A DNA stretch of 64,000 bases, taken from positions 8,819-72,818 of the IMG/VR virus record IMGVR_UViG_3300043579_000163; one strand, written 5' to 3'. Below the pieces are notes generated by a model, which had not been told where the DNA came from, did not search any database, and saw only the letters and a program-made list of their open reading frames with translations. This DNA is from a virus (lineage: Duplodnaviria; Caudoviricetes). The position numbers were made by a program, and so were the translations under genes. This document shows, in pieces, positions 35,843 to 44,145 of this stretch (its first letter is position 1; the number at the start of each line of letters is the position of its first letter).

Positions 35843-37108
35843 ATGCCCGACACCAATCCACCTGAACTCTCGACTATCCCTCCGGGGGTAAGTATCACCA
35901 ACGACCCCAAGGACGCCGTCGACACAGGCGCAGCTTTGGACGCTCTTTTCAAACCAATCGACGAACCCGCGGCCACGCCGCCCGCGGTGTCTGACCCGGC
36001 TGTCCCGGCTGCCCCGGCTGCCCCGGTGCTGCCCGGATTGCCGACGGCTTCTATTCCCCCGGTCACACCGCCCATCACCCCCGAGCCCACCAAGGACGAG
36101 TTTGACGCTGTCCAGCTCCCGCCTCACACCAAGTCGGAGGTGTCGCAGTCGTTCGACAATCTCAAGAAGGCCTCCCGAGACCGCGTCGCCGCGGTCCAAA
36201 AGGAGCGCGAGGAACTCGCTGCCAAGGTCAAGGAATTGGAGACCCGCCCCGCCGTTGACCCAAAGCTCGAAGCCGAGTTGAAAGAGCTTCGTGAGTTTCG
36301 CCAGAAGATGGATGTGGAGGCCGACCCGACCTTCAAGGAATACATCGAGGAGAGCAAGGCCAACGAGGATTCTATCTTGACCAAGTTGAAAGAGGCCGGT
36401 GCATCAGAGGACGCCCTCACGAAGATGAAAGCCATCGGGTCTAAGGACCTCGATTGGGAAATCATCCTGGAAAAATTGCCGCCGGTCACCCGCCGTTATG
36501 TTGAGAACAAGCTGGCCGTAAACGAGGACCTGCACGACCAGCGCACTCGCGCCCTAGAGAACGCGAAGAAGAACGCCTCAGAATTTCTGGCCGACCGGGA
36601 GAAGCAAAGCACACAGAGCGAGCTGGCTCATTACGCCAAGTCGGAGGAGCATTTCAACAAGGTGTCCGTCCAGCTTCCATGGTTCAAGCTCCAAAAGGCG
36701 GAGGCCACAGCGACGGCCGAGCAGAAAGCCACCATCGAAGCGGAGAACAAGTTCTACCTCGCGACGCACGACCAAGTCAAGAAGATGCTGGCGGACCCAT
36801 CTCCCGAAATGCGCTCCATCGCTGCTCTGGGATACGCTCAGATGCTGCGACTTCAAGCCGAGATTCCCGCGCTTCAAGCAGAGCACGAGGCCGAGAAGAA
36901 GGGGCTCAGTGAGAAAATCACGAAGCTCGAGGCCCAGCTCAAGGAGAAGGAGGAATTCATCGCCCGCGTGAAGGGTGCATCGCGCACCAGCCTGCGGGAC
37001 GGAAGTGCCCCCTCCAATCCCGGCGCCGCAGCCAGCCAGCCAACTTTCGGTGAACACGGCAACGTCGCAATCGACCGCCTGCGCGCCGAACAACTGGCCG
37101 GCTCATGA
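35843..37108 (+). CDS. Scaffolding protein
   Basis: Pro-rich N-terminus, long E/K/A coiled coil, position between portal and capsid. Confidence 0.7.
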   Translation: MPDTNPPELSTIPPGVSITNDPKDAVDTGAALDALFKPIDEPAATPPAVSDPAVPAAPAAPVLPGLPTASIPPVTPPITPEPTKDEFDAVQLPPHTKSEVSQSFDNLKKASRDRVAAVQKEREELAAKVKELETRPAVDPKLEAELKELREFRQKMDVEADPTFKEYIEESKANEDSILTKLKEAGASEDALTKMKAIGSKDLDWEIILEKLPPVTRRYVENKLAVNEDLHDQRTRALENAKKNASEFLADREKQSTQSELAHYAKSEEHFNKVSVQLPWFKLQKAEATATAEQKATIEAENKFYLATHDQVKKMLADPSPEMRSIAALGYAQMLRLQAEIPALQAEHEAEKKGLSEKITKLEAQLKEKEEFIARVKGASRTSLRDGSAPSNPGAAASQPTFGEHGNVAIDRLRAEQLAGS

Positions 37109-37935
37109 ACACCACCCTCCACGAGGGGAAACAGGTTGAAATTCTCTTGCCCTGGTATCGGGAGGTTGCTCCGCAAGTTGCGTTCAGCGTCATGCGGCTC
37201 ATGGACAAGGGGCGCATTGGCGTCCGCGCGCGCTGGGGAGACGCAGCCGTGTGGCACGTTCGCAACGTCCTGGCGGAAGAGTTTCTTCGCTCTGGTGTTG
37301 AGTGGTCTTTTTGGGTGGATGGTGATGAAATCCTTCCTCATGGGGATGCGAAGTTTTTTAATGCTCTCACTCAGCAGCGCCTTCCTGATGCTTTTGCCGG
37401 GCTTAATGTCATTGACCGACTATTGTCTCATGGCAAAACTCTCGTTGGTGGTGTGTATTGGGGGCGTCACCCAAACAGTAAGCCGATTTATGCGGAGGCG
37501 ATGACCTCCGAACGCGAGGACGCTTACGCGCGCAAGGGTCCGTATGACCTCATCAAACCGACTGCATGGGTTGGCTTCGGTGCCGTGCTTGTTCATCGCT
37601 CTGTTTTCCTCGACATCGAGAAGCGCTATCCTCACCTGGGACGAAAGGCGGATGGCACGGGATGCAATTTTTTCTCACCGAACGAGCAGGACATTCGCCG
37701 CAGCTTCGACGGGTTCGGGTCCATCCTGAAGGAGAGCCTCGACGCGAACACCAAGCTGGCGAAGCTTCAGGCTCACTACGAAAACACGGTGCGCCAAGCG
37801 TCGCGTCTGCCGGTTGGAGCTGGTGAGGACGTCTCGTTCTGCCAGCGCGCGGCGGACTGCGGTCACGTTCCGCACGTCGACATGGCGCTCTACTGCGGGC
37901 ATCTCGGGGACCGCTGCTACGGAAGGTTGACGTGA
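37105..37935 (+). CDS. GT2-like glycosyltransferase
   Basis: VRN.LA, FWVDGD, VGFGAVLV, GEDVSFC, CGH. Confidence 0.8.
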   Translation: MNTTLHEGKQVEILLPWYREVAPQVAFSVMRLMDKGRIGVRARWGDAAVWHVRNVLAEEFLRSGVEWSFWVDGDEILPHGDAKFFNALTQQRLPDAFAGLNVIDRLLSHGKTLVGGVYWGRHPNSKPIYAEAMTSEREDAYARKGPYDLIKPTAWVGFGAVLVHRSVFLDIEKRYPHLGRKADGTGCNFFSPNEQDIRRSFDGFGSILKESLDANTKLAKLQAHYENTVRQASRLPVGAGEDVSFCQRAADCGHVPHVDMALYCGHLGDRCYGRLT

Positions 37936-38723
37936 ACAAAATCCTGCTCGCCCTCCAGTTCTGGGAAAACGACAAGGCTGACGCCATGCGGATGGCGAGG
38001 TTCGTCGCGGATTTGGAGCCGCAGCACTGCGCTCAGGCGGACTTCCTTTTTGCTGCGCGCTTCGATTGCAAGCTTGACCCCGCGACAGTGGCCCACGTAT
38101 CGAAGCGATTCAACACCTTCACCTTCATCAACCGGCATCGGCGCGCTGAGGGCTGGCCCTTCGGGTGCAACGAGCTGTTTTTCGGCACGGTGGACCACGT
38201 CTACACCCAGATTGAAGCCAAGAGGATGCCCCAATACAAGGCCATCTTCACCTTCGAAGCGGACGGCAACCCCATGTCGCCCGACTGGATTGCCCGACTG
38301 CACTCCGAGTGGGACCGGCTCCACGCCAAGGGCGCGAACATGGTGGGGGCGATGATTCCCCCGGGACCGCCGGAAACGGACGGCAAGCACATCAATGGCA
38401 ACTGTCTCGTCTCGGCGGAAAAAGAATACCTGCACTGGATTGCCCGCAAAATCGGCGGGTGCCGGCCAACCGCAGGGTGGGATTGGGTCCTGGCCCCGCG
38501 GTTCAAGGAGCAGGGCTGGGCGAACTGCCCGGGGATTCGAAGCTTCTGGCGCTCACCGGCCATGCCCCCCGAGGTGTTCCAACGTCTTCGGAGAGAAGGG
38601 GTTTTCTTTGTTCACGGGGTCAAGGACGATTCAATCATCCGGCATGTTCGGGAGAGCCTGACCCCTCCACCCCTCCCCGCGTCGGAGTCGGTCCTTTCCA
38701 AGGCCCTCAATTTCCTGGGTTGA
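37932..38723 (+). CDS. Putative GT-A fold glycosyltransferase
   Basis: IFTFEAD, HINGN, WDW, C-terminal FVHGVKD. Confidence 0.6.
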   Translation: MNKILLALQFWENDKADAMRMARFVADLEPQHCAQADFLFAARFDCKLDPATVAHVSKRFNTFTFINRHRRAEGWPFGCNELFFGTVDHVYTQIEAKRMPQYKAIFTFEADGNPMSPDWIARLHSEWDRLHAKGANMVGAMIPPGPPETDGKHINGNCLVSAEKEYLHWIARKIGGCRPTAGWDWVLAPRFKEQGWANCPGIRSFWRSPAMPPEVFQRLRREGVFFVHGVKDDSIIRHVRESLTPPPLPASESVLSKALNFLG

Positions 38724-38758
38724 GTAGACACACCCGAGAAGCCCTGATAGGTTTAGGC

Positions 38759-39205
38759 GTGAAGACGTGCAATACATGCGGCGTAGAAAAGCCACTGACC
38801 GAGTTTTACAAGGACACCCACAACAACGGGGGCGTCCGGCACCGGTGCCGGGATTGTGAGAGGGTAGTCCGTTCCTCCGAGGACGCCAAGCAGCGGCAGC
38901 GTGAGGCGACGGCAAGGTGGCGTAAGGCCCACCCCGAAGACAATAAAAAGTCTTCCAAGAACACGAAATTGAAGCAGGCATACGGGATTTCCCTTTCCGA
39001 CTATCAGGCGATGGTGGAAAAGCAGAAGGGCAAATGTGCTATCTGCGGAGATAAAGTCGCGCTTCATGTTGACCATGACCACGAAACCGGCAAGGTCCGG
39101 GAATTGCTTTGTTGTCATTGTAACAAGGGCTTAAGTGGTTTCAAAGATTCCCCTCTCCTGACGGAAAAGGGCACCCGCTACCTGCTGCGTCACGTTCTGG
39201 GTTGA
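38759..39205 (+). CDS. Endonuclease VII-type HNH homing endonuclease
   Basis: GTG start; CNTC..CRDC; CAIC..HVDHDH..VRELLCCHCN. Confidence 0.85.
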   Translation: MKTCNTCGVEKPLTEFYKDTHNNGGVRHRCRDCERVVRSSEDAKQRQREATARWRKAHPEDNKKSSKNTKLKQAYGISLSDYQAMVEKQKGKCAICGDKVALHVDHDHETGKVRELLCCHCNKGLSGFKDSPLLTEKGTRYLLRHVLG

Positions 39206-39233
39206 CAAAACCCAGAATCCCACAACTCTCTTC
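39202..39233 (+). promoter_or_regulatory. Class II promoter for major capsid gene
   Basis: TTGACA-N17-ACTCTCTT; TGA is HNH stop. Confidence 0.6.
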
Positions 39234-39239
39234 CCTTGA

Positions 39240-39431
39240 CCATACTCGTGACTGGTCACCACGACAGAGCCTAATTCCTTGGTTGGCTCGACAAGGCGGC
39301 TTCAACTCCCCCGAAAGAGTTGGAAAAGTCCCACGACTTAACTCGTGGAAAATTGTTGAGCTAAACCATCACCCTCTCGGGTGAATCAAATAGAAAGTTC
39401 TCGGACGAAAGTCCTTGATAGATAGGAACAT
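39240..39431 (+). promoter_or_regulatory. Structured 5' leader of capsid mRNA
   Basis: Hairpins TCGTG/CACGA, CAACTC/GAGTTG, CCACGA/TCGTGG, TCACCC/GGGTGA, GGAC-GAAA-GTCC. Confidence 0.55.
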
Positions 39432-40712
39432 ATGGGTGACTGCATCACTCCGGCACAAGTAAGTGATATCGCACAAAAAGACACGCAGCGTCTAGTGGGT
39501 GCGATTGCCAAAACTCTCGCTGCGAACGCGCCATTCATGAACGTCATCGGCGGCGGGGTTTTCCCCTCCGGCGTGTCTGACGAAATTCGCACGAGCGTGC
39601 AGCTTCAGGCTGCTCCTGGCGATTCTCTGGCCCTGCCCGAGTTCGTCTGCGACACTGACCTCTGCGGGACTCAAGGCCATCAGGACCTGACCGACGCCAT
39701 CAACTTCGTCAGCAAGCTCGAATCGAAACGTGGTTTCGGTCCGCGCGTCTGCGTAAAGAAAGGCTACGCGGCCTTCAAGACCAGCTATCTGGCTTCCGAA
39801 GACTCGCTGAAGAAACTGGTCACCCAGTATATTAACTCTGACATCCGGGCTCAGCTCTACCTGCGCTCCGCGTCGAAGTTCACCGCCGTCGCCGGCTACG
39901 ATTTCAACTCGCTGTTTACCGGCGGGACTGAGACCGACATCGGTGTGAAGTTCGCCCCGCTCCTGCCCACTGGGCCGATGAGCTTCAAGGCGCTTCACTA
40001 CATCGCCCGCTACATCAAGGAGAACCTGTTCGCCGAGATGTTCGATGCTGGCGACAAGGGCAGCCCGCACTTCCGCGTCATCGCGTCGGCGGACCAGATT
40101 GAGTTGTTCCGCGCCGAATCCGGCGTGAAGGACATCCTTCAGTCCTACGTCACGGGTGGCTACAAGCAGGGGGAACTCTCCCTGGCCGGCTACTCCTGGG
40201 AAACCGCTCCCGCTTACCGAGGTCTCGCCTTCGGTATCGACCAACGCCCTCTGCGCGCTACCGGCTTCAAGGCCAATGGCACGCTGAACCTCGTGGACCC
40301 TGTGACTATCGTCACTAACGCCACGAAGAACACCGCCTACGCCAAGCCGAATCCGAGCTGGCTGACCGCGGATTACGAGGTTTTGTTCCTCCTGGCCGAC
40401 ATGAGCTTCGAGCGCTTGGTGCCCGAACGCTACGTCGGTGAAGGTTCGTTCAAGTTCGCGCCCCAGCTTTACATGGGCGAACTCGAGTGGCACTATCAAA
40501 TCGACAATGACTGTAACGTCTACGGCGATTTCGGGTGGCACAAATATCAAATCATCCGCGCATACAAGCCCATCCGGCCCCAGTTCGTGGTTCCGATTCT
40601 GTATCGCCGATGCACCGCTGACCTCGGTCTGCCGGATTGCGCCGTGCCTTCCAGCTCCAGCTTCACTGGCTCTGACGAGTTCACCACGGTCGGTGTGACC
40701 TGCGAGGCCTAA
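39432..40712 (+). CDS. Major capsid protein
   Basis: 426 aa, strong C-ending codon bias, dedicated promoter and terminator, after scaffold. Confidence 0.85.
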   Translation: MGDCITPAQVSDIAQKDTQRLVGAIAKTLAANAPFMNVIGGGVFPSGVSDEIRTSVQLQAAPGDSLALPEFVCDTDLCGTQGHQDLTDAINFVSKLESKRGFGPRVCVKKGYAAFKTSYLASEDSLKKLVTQYINSDIRAQLYLRSASKFTAVAGYDFNSLFTGGTETDIGVKFAPLLPTGPMSFKALHYIARYIKENLFAEMFDAGDKGSPHFRVIASADQIELFRAESGVKDILQSYVTGGYKQGELSLAGYSWETAPAYRGLAFGIDQRPLRATGFKANGTLNLVDPVTIVTNATKNTAYAKPNPSWLTADYEVLFLLADMSFERLVPERYVGEGSFKFAPQLYMGELEWHYQIDNDCNVYGDFGWHKYQIIRAYKPIRPQFVVPILYRRCTADLGLPDCAVPSSSSFTGSDEFTTVGVTCEA

Positions 40713-40720
40713 CCAATCTG

Positions 40721-40763
40721 AGAGGCGGGCCGGGATAAACTCCGGCCCCCTCTCGACTTTTTT
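40721..40763 (+). terminator. Intrinsic terminator after capsid gene
   Basis: GAGG.GGCCGG/CCGGCC.CCTC stem then T-run. Confidence 0.7.
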
Positions 40764-40766
40764 GTT

Positions 40767-40973
40767 ATGGCTGAATTTGTTGAACATGGGCTGCACGACC
40801 AGGAATGGCCGACGCTGGCGAAAGCCGCGAATAACCTTTTCTCGTTGAATCTGTCGCCCTACGACGAACCGCCTCAGGTTCTCGTCGCGGTCCTTACGTC
40901 CTTGGGCGTGGCCGCAAAAACCACGGAAACCCTCGATAGCTTGCTAGTCAAGCTTCTCGCGCGAGTTTCTTAA
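40767..40973 (+). CDS. Small hypothetical virion protein
   Basis: 68 aa ORF. Confidence 0.6.
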   Translation: MAEFVEHGLHDQEWPTLAKAANNLFSLNLSPYDEPPQVLVAVLTSLGVAAKTTETLDSLLVKLLARVS

Positions 40974-41018
40974 CACTGTCGGCGTTGCTTTGCACGCAGT
41001 AGCGCCGGTTCGTAGGAG

Positions 41019-41051
41019 AGGGTTGCGGACACACTCCGCAGCCCTTTTTTG
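41019..41051 (+). terminator. Intrinsic terminator
   Basis: 11 bp stem AGGGTTGCGGA/TCCGCAGCCCT, loop CACAC, T-run. Confidence 0.85.
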
Positions 41052-41055
41052 TTCG

Positions 41056-41085
41056 TTGACGGAAGTAATTAAGCCGGACTTATTG
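41056..41085 (+). promoter_or_regulatory. Class II promoter candidate
   Basis: TTGACG-N16-ACTTATTG directly after terminator. Confidence 0.55.
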
Positions 41086-41092
41086 AAAGAAT

Positions 41093-41257
41093 ATGTTCAC
41101 TGACCCAACACCGGTGTGGGGTGACTCCGACAACGTCCTTCTACAGAAAATCTGTCAGGTTACAAACGACCTGCTGTCGGGAATCCATCCACCGCAGCCG
41201 GGAGATTCGGACAACAACCTCCTTTTCAAAATTGCAAACCTTTTCAATCGTAACTAA
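41093..41257 (+). CDS. 54 aa protein with two GDSDNxLLxKI repeats (not in ORF track)
   Basis: MFTDPTPVWGDSDNVLLQKI...PGDSDNNLLFKIANLFNRN. Confidence 0.7.
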   Translation: MFTDPTPVWGDSDNVLLQKICQVTNDLLSGIHPPQPGDSDNNLLFKIANLFNRN

Positions 41258-41259
41258 TC

Positions 41260-41976
41260 ATGGACACCAATCCTAAACTTGGCGACTCGGACAATACACT
41301 TCTCTTCAAAATTGCAGAGGTTCTTTTGTCAGGCTCCTTCGGAGGGGGCATCACACAAGCCGGAGCGGACGCCCGGTATGTTCTCAAGTCCGGAGACACG
41401 GTCACAGGCGCGCTTATCCTCAACAGCACCCTCAGCGTGGGGGCAGACACGGTAGACAATGGATTTTTGGTTGTCGACCCAGACGCCGCCGCCCCAATCA
41501 TGCTGACTCGGCATGTGGCCGACAATGCTCCGGCGATTCTTCGGGTCCAGAAGAAGGGGACCACAGGTAGTGTTAATGGCGCGGTAGCGAACAACGATAA
41601 CCTCGCTCGTGTTGATTTCTATGCCTGGGATGGTTCAGGGTTTTTCCCAGGCGCCGTGTTTCAGTTGGTGGCTAACCAAGCCTGGACCGGCTCTGCACAC
41701 GGAGGCCGGCTTTCGGTCAATGTAGTTGCTAATGGGGCTACGTCCACAACCGAGATGCTTCGATTTACCTCGGCGGCTATGGACTTACGTAACAGCGCGG
41801 TCCTCCAATCTGGGGGCACTCAAGTTGTAAGCTCACGAAAGACTGGGTGGACTGCAGCGACTGGAACGGCAACGCGGACCACGTTCGACACCGCTACTGT
41901 CACTACGGAGTTGCTGGCTCAGAGAGTCAAGGCCCTGCTCGACGACCTTATTTCTCACGGTCTTATCGGAGCATAA
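41260..41976 (+). CDS. Virion structural / fibre-like protein
   Basis: GDSDNTLLFKI N-terminus, YVLKSGDTVTG motif, beta-rich body, C-terminal LLDDLISHGLIG. Confidence 0.7.
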   Translation: MDTNPKLGDSDNTLLFKIAEVLLSGSFGGGITQAGADARYVLKSGDTVTGALILNSTLSVGADTVDNGFLVVDPDAAAPIMLTRHVADNAPAILRVQKKGTTGSVNGAVANNDNLARVDFYAWDGSGFFPGAVFQLVANQAWTGSAHGGRLSVNVVANGATSTTEMLRFTSAAMDLRNSAVLQSGGTQVVSSRKTGWTAATGTATRTTFDTATVTTELLAQRVKALLDDLISHGLIGA

Positions 41977-42224
41977 TGCAAATTCCCGACAACATCAAGG
42001 TCTCTGTGGCCGGTGTTCTTGGAGTGGCAACGCCCGCCTCGAACTGGTTCTTGGACCTGGGGACGCCCATTCTGAATTTCCTCCTTCTGGTTGCTCAGTT
42101 GGCGGTCGCCTCTGTCACCGCAATTTACATCTACGCCAAGTGGCGGAACTTGAAGGGCGACAAGGGCGACAAGGGCGACAAGGGCGAAAAAGGCGACCGA
42201 GGTGATCGAGGAGTTTCGAAATGA
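41976..42224 (+). CDS. Holin-like membrane protein with (G-D/E-K/R)n tail
   Basis: TAATG coupling; hydrophobic segments then KGDKGDKGDKGEKGDRGDRG. Confidence 0.5.
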   Translation: MQIPDNIKVSVAGVLGVATPASNWFLDLGTPILNFLLLVAQLAVASVTAIYIYAKWRNLKGDKGDKGDKGEKGDRGDRGVSK

Positions 42225-42766
42225 AGATTCTGTTCGCATCTCTTCTCATCGCCGCCACCTTGTGTGGTTGCATGATGCCGCTCAAGCCCGGCGGCGCGTC
42301 ATACGTTCGCCCCGACGGCTCTGCGGTTAGCGTCCATCAATCGGAGAATCCGAAGACGGACACGGTGCAGGACTACAAACGCGTGACCGACGCACAGGGA
42401 GCCATAACCGAAGAGGTCCACACAAAAATCGGCGCGGCCCAGAAGGACGTGGCGCGCGAGGTGGCCGCGAAGCTCGGGTCCATGCGTGGAATTATGTGGG
42501 TTGGCGTTCTGGTCTTCCTGTTCGGCGCAGCGAGCTTTGTCTATCCGCCCCTTAAGCTGATTGTGGCCAGTGTCACCACCAGCATGGTGATTACTGCTGC
42601 GGGACTGCTCTTGATGGTCCTTCCGACCCTCATCGTAGGAAATGAACTCCTGATTCTGGCGGGCTGTCTCGGCGTGGCCGGGTTTTATGTCTTCGCCATC
42701 CGACATGGAAAACTTCAAGGGTTCGTCGACGCAAACAAAGACGGCGTAGATGACCGAAAGCAATAA
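42221..42766 (+). CDS. Lipoprotein with C-terminal transmembrane helices (unimolecular spanin-like)
   Basis: Lipobox LCGC (Cys17), ~70 aa soluble linker, three hydrophobic helices. Confidence 0.5.
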   Translation: MKILFASLLIAATLCGCMMPLKPGGASYVRPDGSAVSVHQSENPKTDTVQDYKRVTDAQGAITEEVHTKIGAAQKDVAREVAAKLGSMRGIMWVGVLVFLFGAASFVYPPLKLIVASVTTSMVITAAGLLLMVLPTLIVGNELLILAGCLGVAGFYVFAIRHGKLQGFVDANKDGVDDRKQ

Positions 42767-43905
42767 TGAGCTGCAATAGCTGTAATCAATCTGGGTGCTC
42801 CGGGAACTGTCAGGGCGATTCCTGCACGGACGCCGGACGCTGCACCAACCGTTGCACTCCCTGCAATACCAACTGCGACGCTAATAGCGCAGCCTGCGAA
42901 ACCCTGCCTAGTGCCCTAGAGAATTTCATCCGCTCGTTCTTCGGGCCGGGTCTTGTCCGGACTGAAGTTAATGGTCAGGTCCGCTGGATTCTGCCCTGTG
43001 ACCTGGACACCGGCATTCCTGGAAATCCCAAGGGCGACGACGAGGGCCTAGCCTGTTATTTCAAGCGGCTTTTCGAGGATGGACTTGTAGGACTCGCCGG
43101 CCCCCAGGGCGCGACGGGTGCAACTGGTGAAGTGGGGCACAATGCATACACCGTGGCGACTTCGGCCTTCAATCCGCCGGGCGTCGGCCAGTCTGTGCAG
43201 TTCAGTTTCATCCCGAGCCCGGTGGTCTCGGTCGGTCAGACCATTTTTATTCCAGGTTCAGGCTGGTATATTATCACAGACGTTTTTCAGTCCTCGGTTA
43301 TCTTTGCTACGTTGCTCGAGGCCATCCCCTCGCCACTGGCGGTGATTCCCCCCGGGACACTTGTGCTCCCCGTAGGACCGCGAGGTCTCAGCATCACGGG
43401 GCCTCAGGGTCTCCAAGGTGCGAAGGGCGACACGGGGGCTCAGGGCGCAACCGGCGCGACGGGTTCACCGGGGGCTACCGGCGCAACTGGGCCGGCTGGG
43501 GCGACAGCCACCAACACGAACGCAAAGGTCATCCCCTCAGGTTCGGATTATGAGCTTACCAACGCGTATGCTCACGTCGTCTTCGGAACCAGCGAACTAG
43601 ACACCACTCTCGCCACCGCGGGAACTTATCTTTTCTTTGTGACGCTGTTCGGGTCCAACGGAACTGGAGGGGCGCGGCAATGGAGTTTCAAGCTGGTGAA
43701 CCAGAGCACCGCTACGGACATTGACGACTCACAATACAGCGTAGAAATTCCTGCCACCTCAAGCACGAATATTACTTGGCCCGTGCTGGTGACCACGTCC
43801 GTCGATGGTCACGTCATCGAAGTGCAGGGCTTGTCCGCCCTTGGGGGAGCTACAGAAACCATTGTCGCTCTCGACTCCCGGATTGTGTATGTCAAATTAT
43901 CATGA
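42766..43905 (+). CDS. Collagen-like fibre protein with Cys-rich N-terminus
   Basis: Ten Cys in first 44 aa; G-X-Y runs (GPQGATGATG). Confidence 0.75.
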   Translation: MSCNSCNQSGCSGNCQGDSCTDAGRCTNRCTPCNTNCDANSAACETLPSALENFIRSFFGPGLVRTEVNGQVRWILPCDLDTGIPGNPKGDDEGLACYFKRLFEDGLVGLAGPQGATGATGEVGHNAYTVATSAFNPPGVGQSVQFSFIPSPVVSVGQTIFIPGSGWYIITDVFQSSVIFATLLEAIPSPLAVIPPGTLVLPVGPRGLSITGPQGLQGAKGDTGAQGATGATGSPGATGATGPAGATATNTNAKVIPSGSDYELTNAYAHVVFGTSELDTTLATAGTYLFFVTLFGSNGTGGARQWSFKLVNQSTATDIDDSQYSVEIPATSSTNITWPVLVTTSVDGHVIEVQGLSALGGATETIVALDSRIVYVKLS

Positions 43906-44141
43906 ACAAGGATTGTCGTAATCAGAATCCGGTAATTCGTGACCCGAATCTTGGCGATTGTTGTCCGCCTGTGGCTGGGATGAAGCGCCTTGATAAGGTG
44001 CCGCGCACATTACCACGCCGACGGAATAACACCGCCTGTGAAGAAGTTTTGCAGGATGAGGCGGGGTTCGCAATCTTGGATGAGGCCACTGGGAGTTTTA
44101 TCCACGACGACCTGAAGGAAAATCCCCTCTGTCCGACTTGA
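43902..44141 (+). CDS. Small Cys-containing hypothetical protein
   Basis: ATGA coupling; 79 aa. Confidence 0.6.
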   Translation: MNKDCRNQNPVIRDPNLGDCCPPVAGMKRLDKVPRTLPRRRNNTACEEVLQDEAGFAILDEATGSFIHDDLKENPLCPT

Positions 44142-44145
44142 GTTT

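Noticed and set aside
39395-39430. Hammerhead ribozyme (GGAC-GAAA-GTCC)
   Set aside because: No CTGANGA core; only a GNRA hairpin
39492-40796. 434 aa minus-strand ORF
   Set aside because: Shadow of the codon-biased capsid gene
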